NCBI GenBank assembly: GCA_044222475.1
Contig: JBGANF010000026.1
Span: 1 to 64,000, forward strand
Source of the DNA: Polyangiaceae bacterium
Lineage (GTDB): Bacteria; Myxococcota_A; Polyangia; Polyangiales; Polyangiaceae
Direction of reading: 5' to 3'
Length of the DNA stretch: 64,000 nt
In this document: positions 63,688-64,000 of the stretch, in pieces
Numbering within the stretch: position 1 is the first letter of the stretch
How the letters are laid out: every line of letters starts with the position of its first letter
Notes under the pieces: model-generated
Database searches by the model: none
What the model saw: the letters and a program-made list of their open reading frames with translations, nothing else
Told to the model about the DNA's origin: nothing
Translations under genes and position numbers: made by a program

Positions 63688-64000
63688 TCAGCCGTAGCGG
63701 CCGACTTTCCTCGGCATCGGGCGCTCGTTGAAGATCGGCGTCGCGCGATCGAGCTTTCGCTTCCAGTCGCGGAGGGCGTTCTTCGTCTTCTTCTCGGCCG
63801 CGTCGACCGGGGCCGGAGGCGCGGCCGCGGTGTCCCAGGCGCGGCGATATGCACCCTGTTGAGGGATCCGGTCCCCAGTCGAAGACGAGCCCTTCTCGAG
63901 CACGAAGAAGAGACCGGCGAGGGTGATCCCGCTCACGCGCACCTCGTGGAAGCGGGACGAGATCGGATCGAACGCGCCCGGCACGTACTCGTAGACCGTC
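63688..64000 (-). CDS. C-terminal part of a gene truncated by the window edge (unknown product)
   Basis: The frame is open to the window end (TVYEYVPGAFDPISS...), GC3-rich and co-oriented with GT4/asnB. Confidence 0.65.
   Translation of the reverse strand, partial: TVYEYVPGAFDPISSRFHEVRVSGITLAGLFFVLEKGSSSTGDRIPQQGAYRRAWDTAAAPPAPVDAAEKKTKNALRDWKRKLDRATPIFNERPMPRKVGRYG

Noticed and set aside
60560..64000. Lasso-peptide cyclase reading of the asnB-like gene
   Set aside because: It has an intact N-terminal Cys glutaminase domain and a GT4 neighbour, with no precursor or B-protein genes; a glycan amidotransferase is more likely.

Overview
High-GC (about 70% by eye), gene-dense bacterial chromosome segment. 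The gene repertoire (many Cys-rich lipoproteins, Hanks kinase-FGE fusion, sigma54 activator, PilT paralog, AgmX-like C-terminal domain, TPR-AIM24 protein) suggests Myxococcota, probably Polyangiales; this is an inference. About 57 CDS: bioB, thiC, lon, tsaB, hutH, pgsA, asnB, a DEAD-box helicase, a sugar isomerase/FGGY kinase pair, an NrtR-controlled NAD-salvage operon ending in a RavA-like AAA+ ATPase, and an outer-membrane barrel followed by two tandem ~1150-aa lipoprotein alpha/beta-hydrolases. RNA genes: tRNA-Phe(GAA), tRNA-Leu(TAA) and a probable 6S RNA (22034-22216). No integrase, transposase, prophage or CRISPR array was found. The most notable unexplained signals are: (1) a dispersed 15-bp palindrome GTMCCD-N3-HGGKAC, 10 exact copies all inside coding sequence; (2) a candidate sigma54 regulon marked by the motif GCCGRCTAACAT-like GCCGRCTAACAAT at three unlinked promoters; (3) a cNMP-type GAF activator/metallo-hydrolase feedback module; (4) two families of foldback MITE-like elements that supply gene stop codons; (5) a (CTCCA)13 tract fused to the tRNA-Leu 3' end. 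All calls come from reading motifs by eye; no database searches were run.
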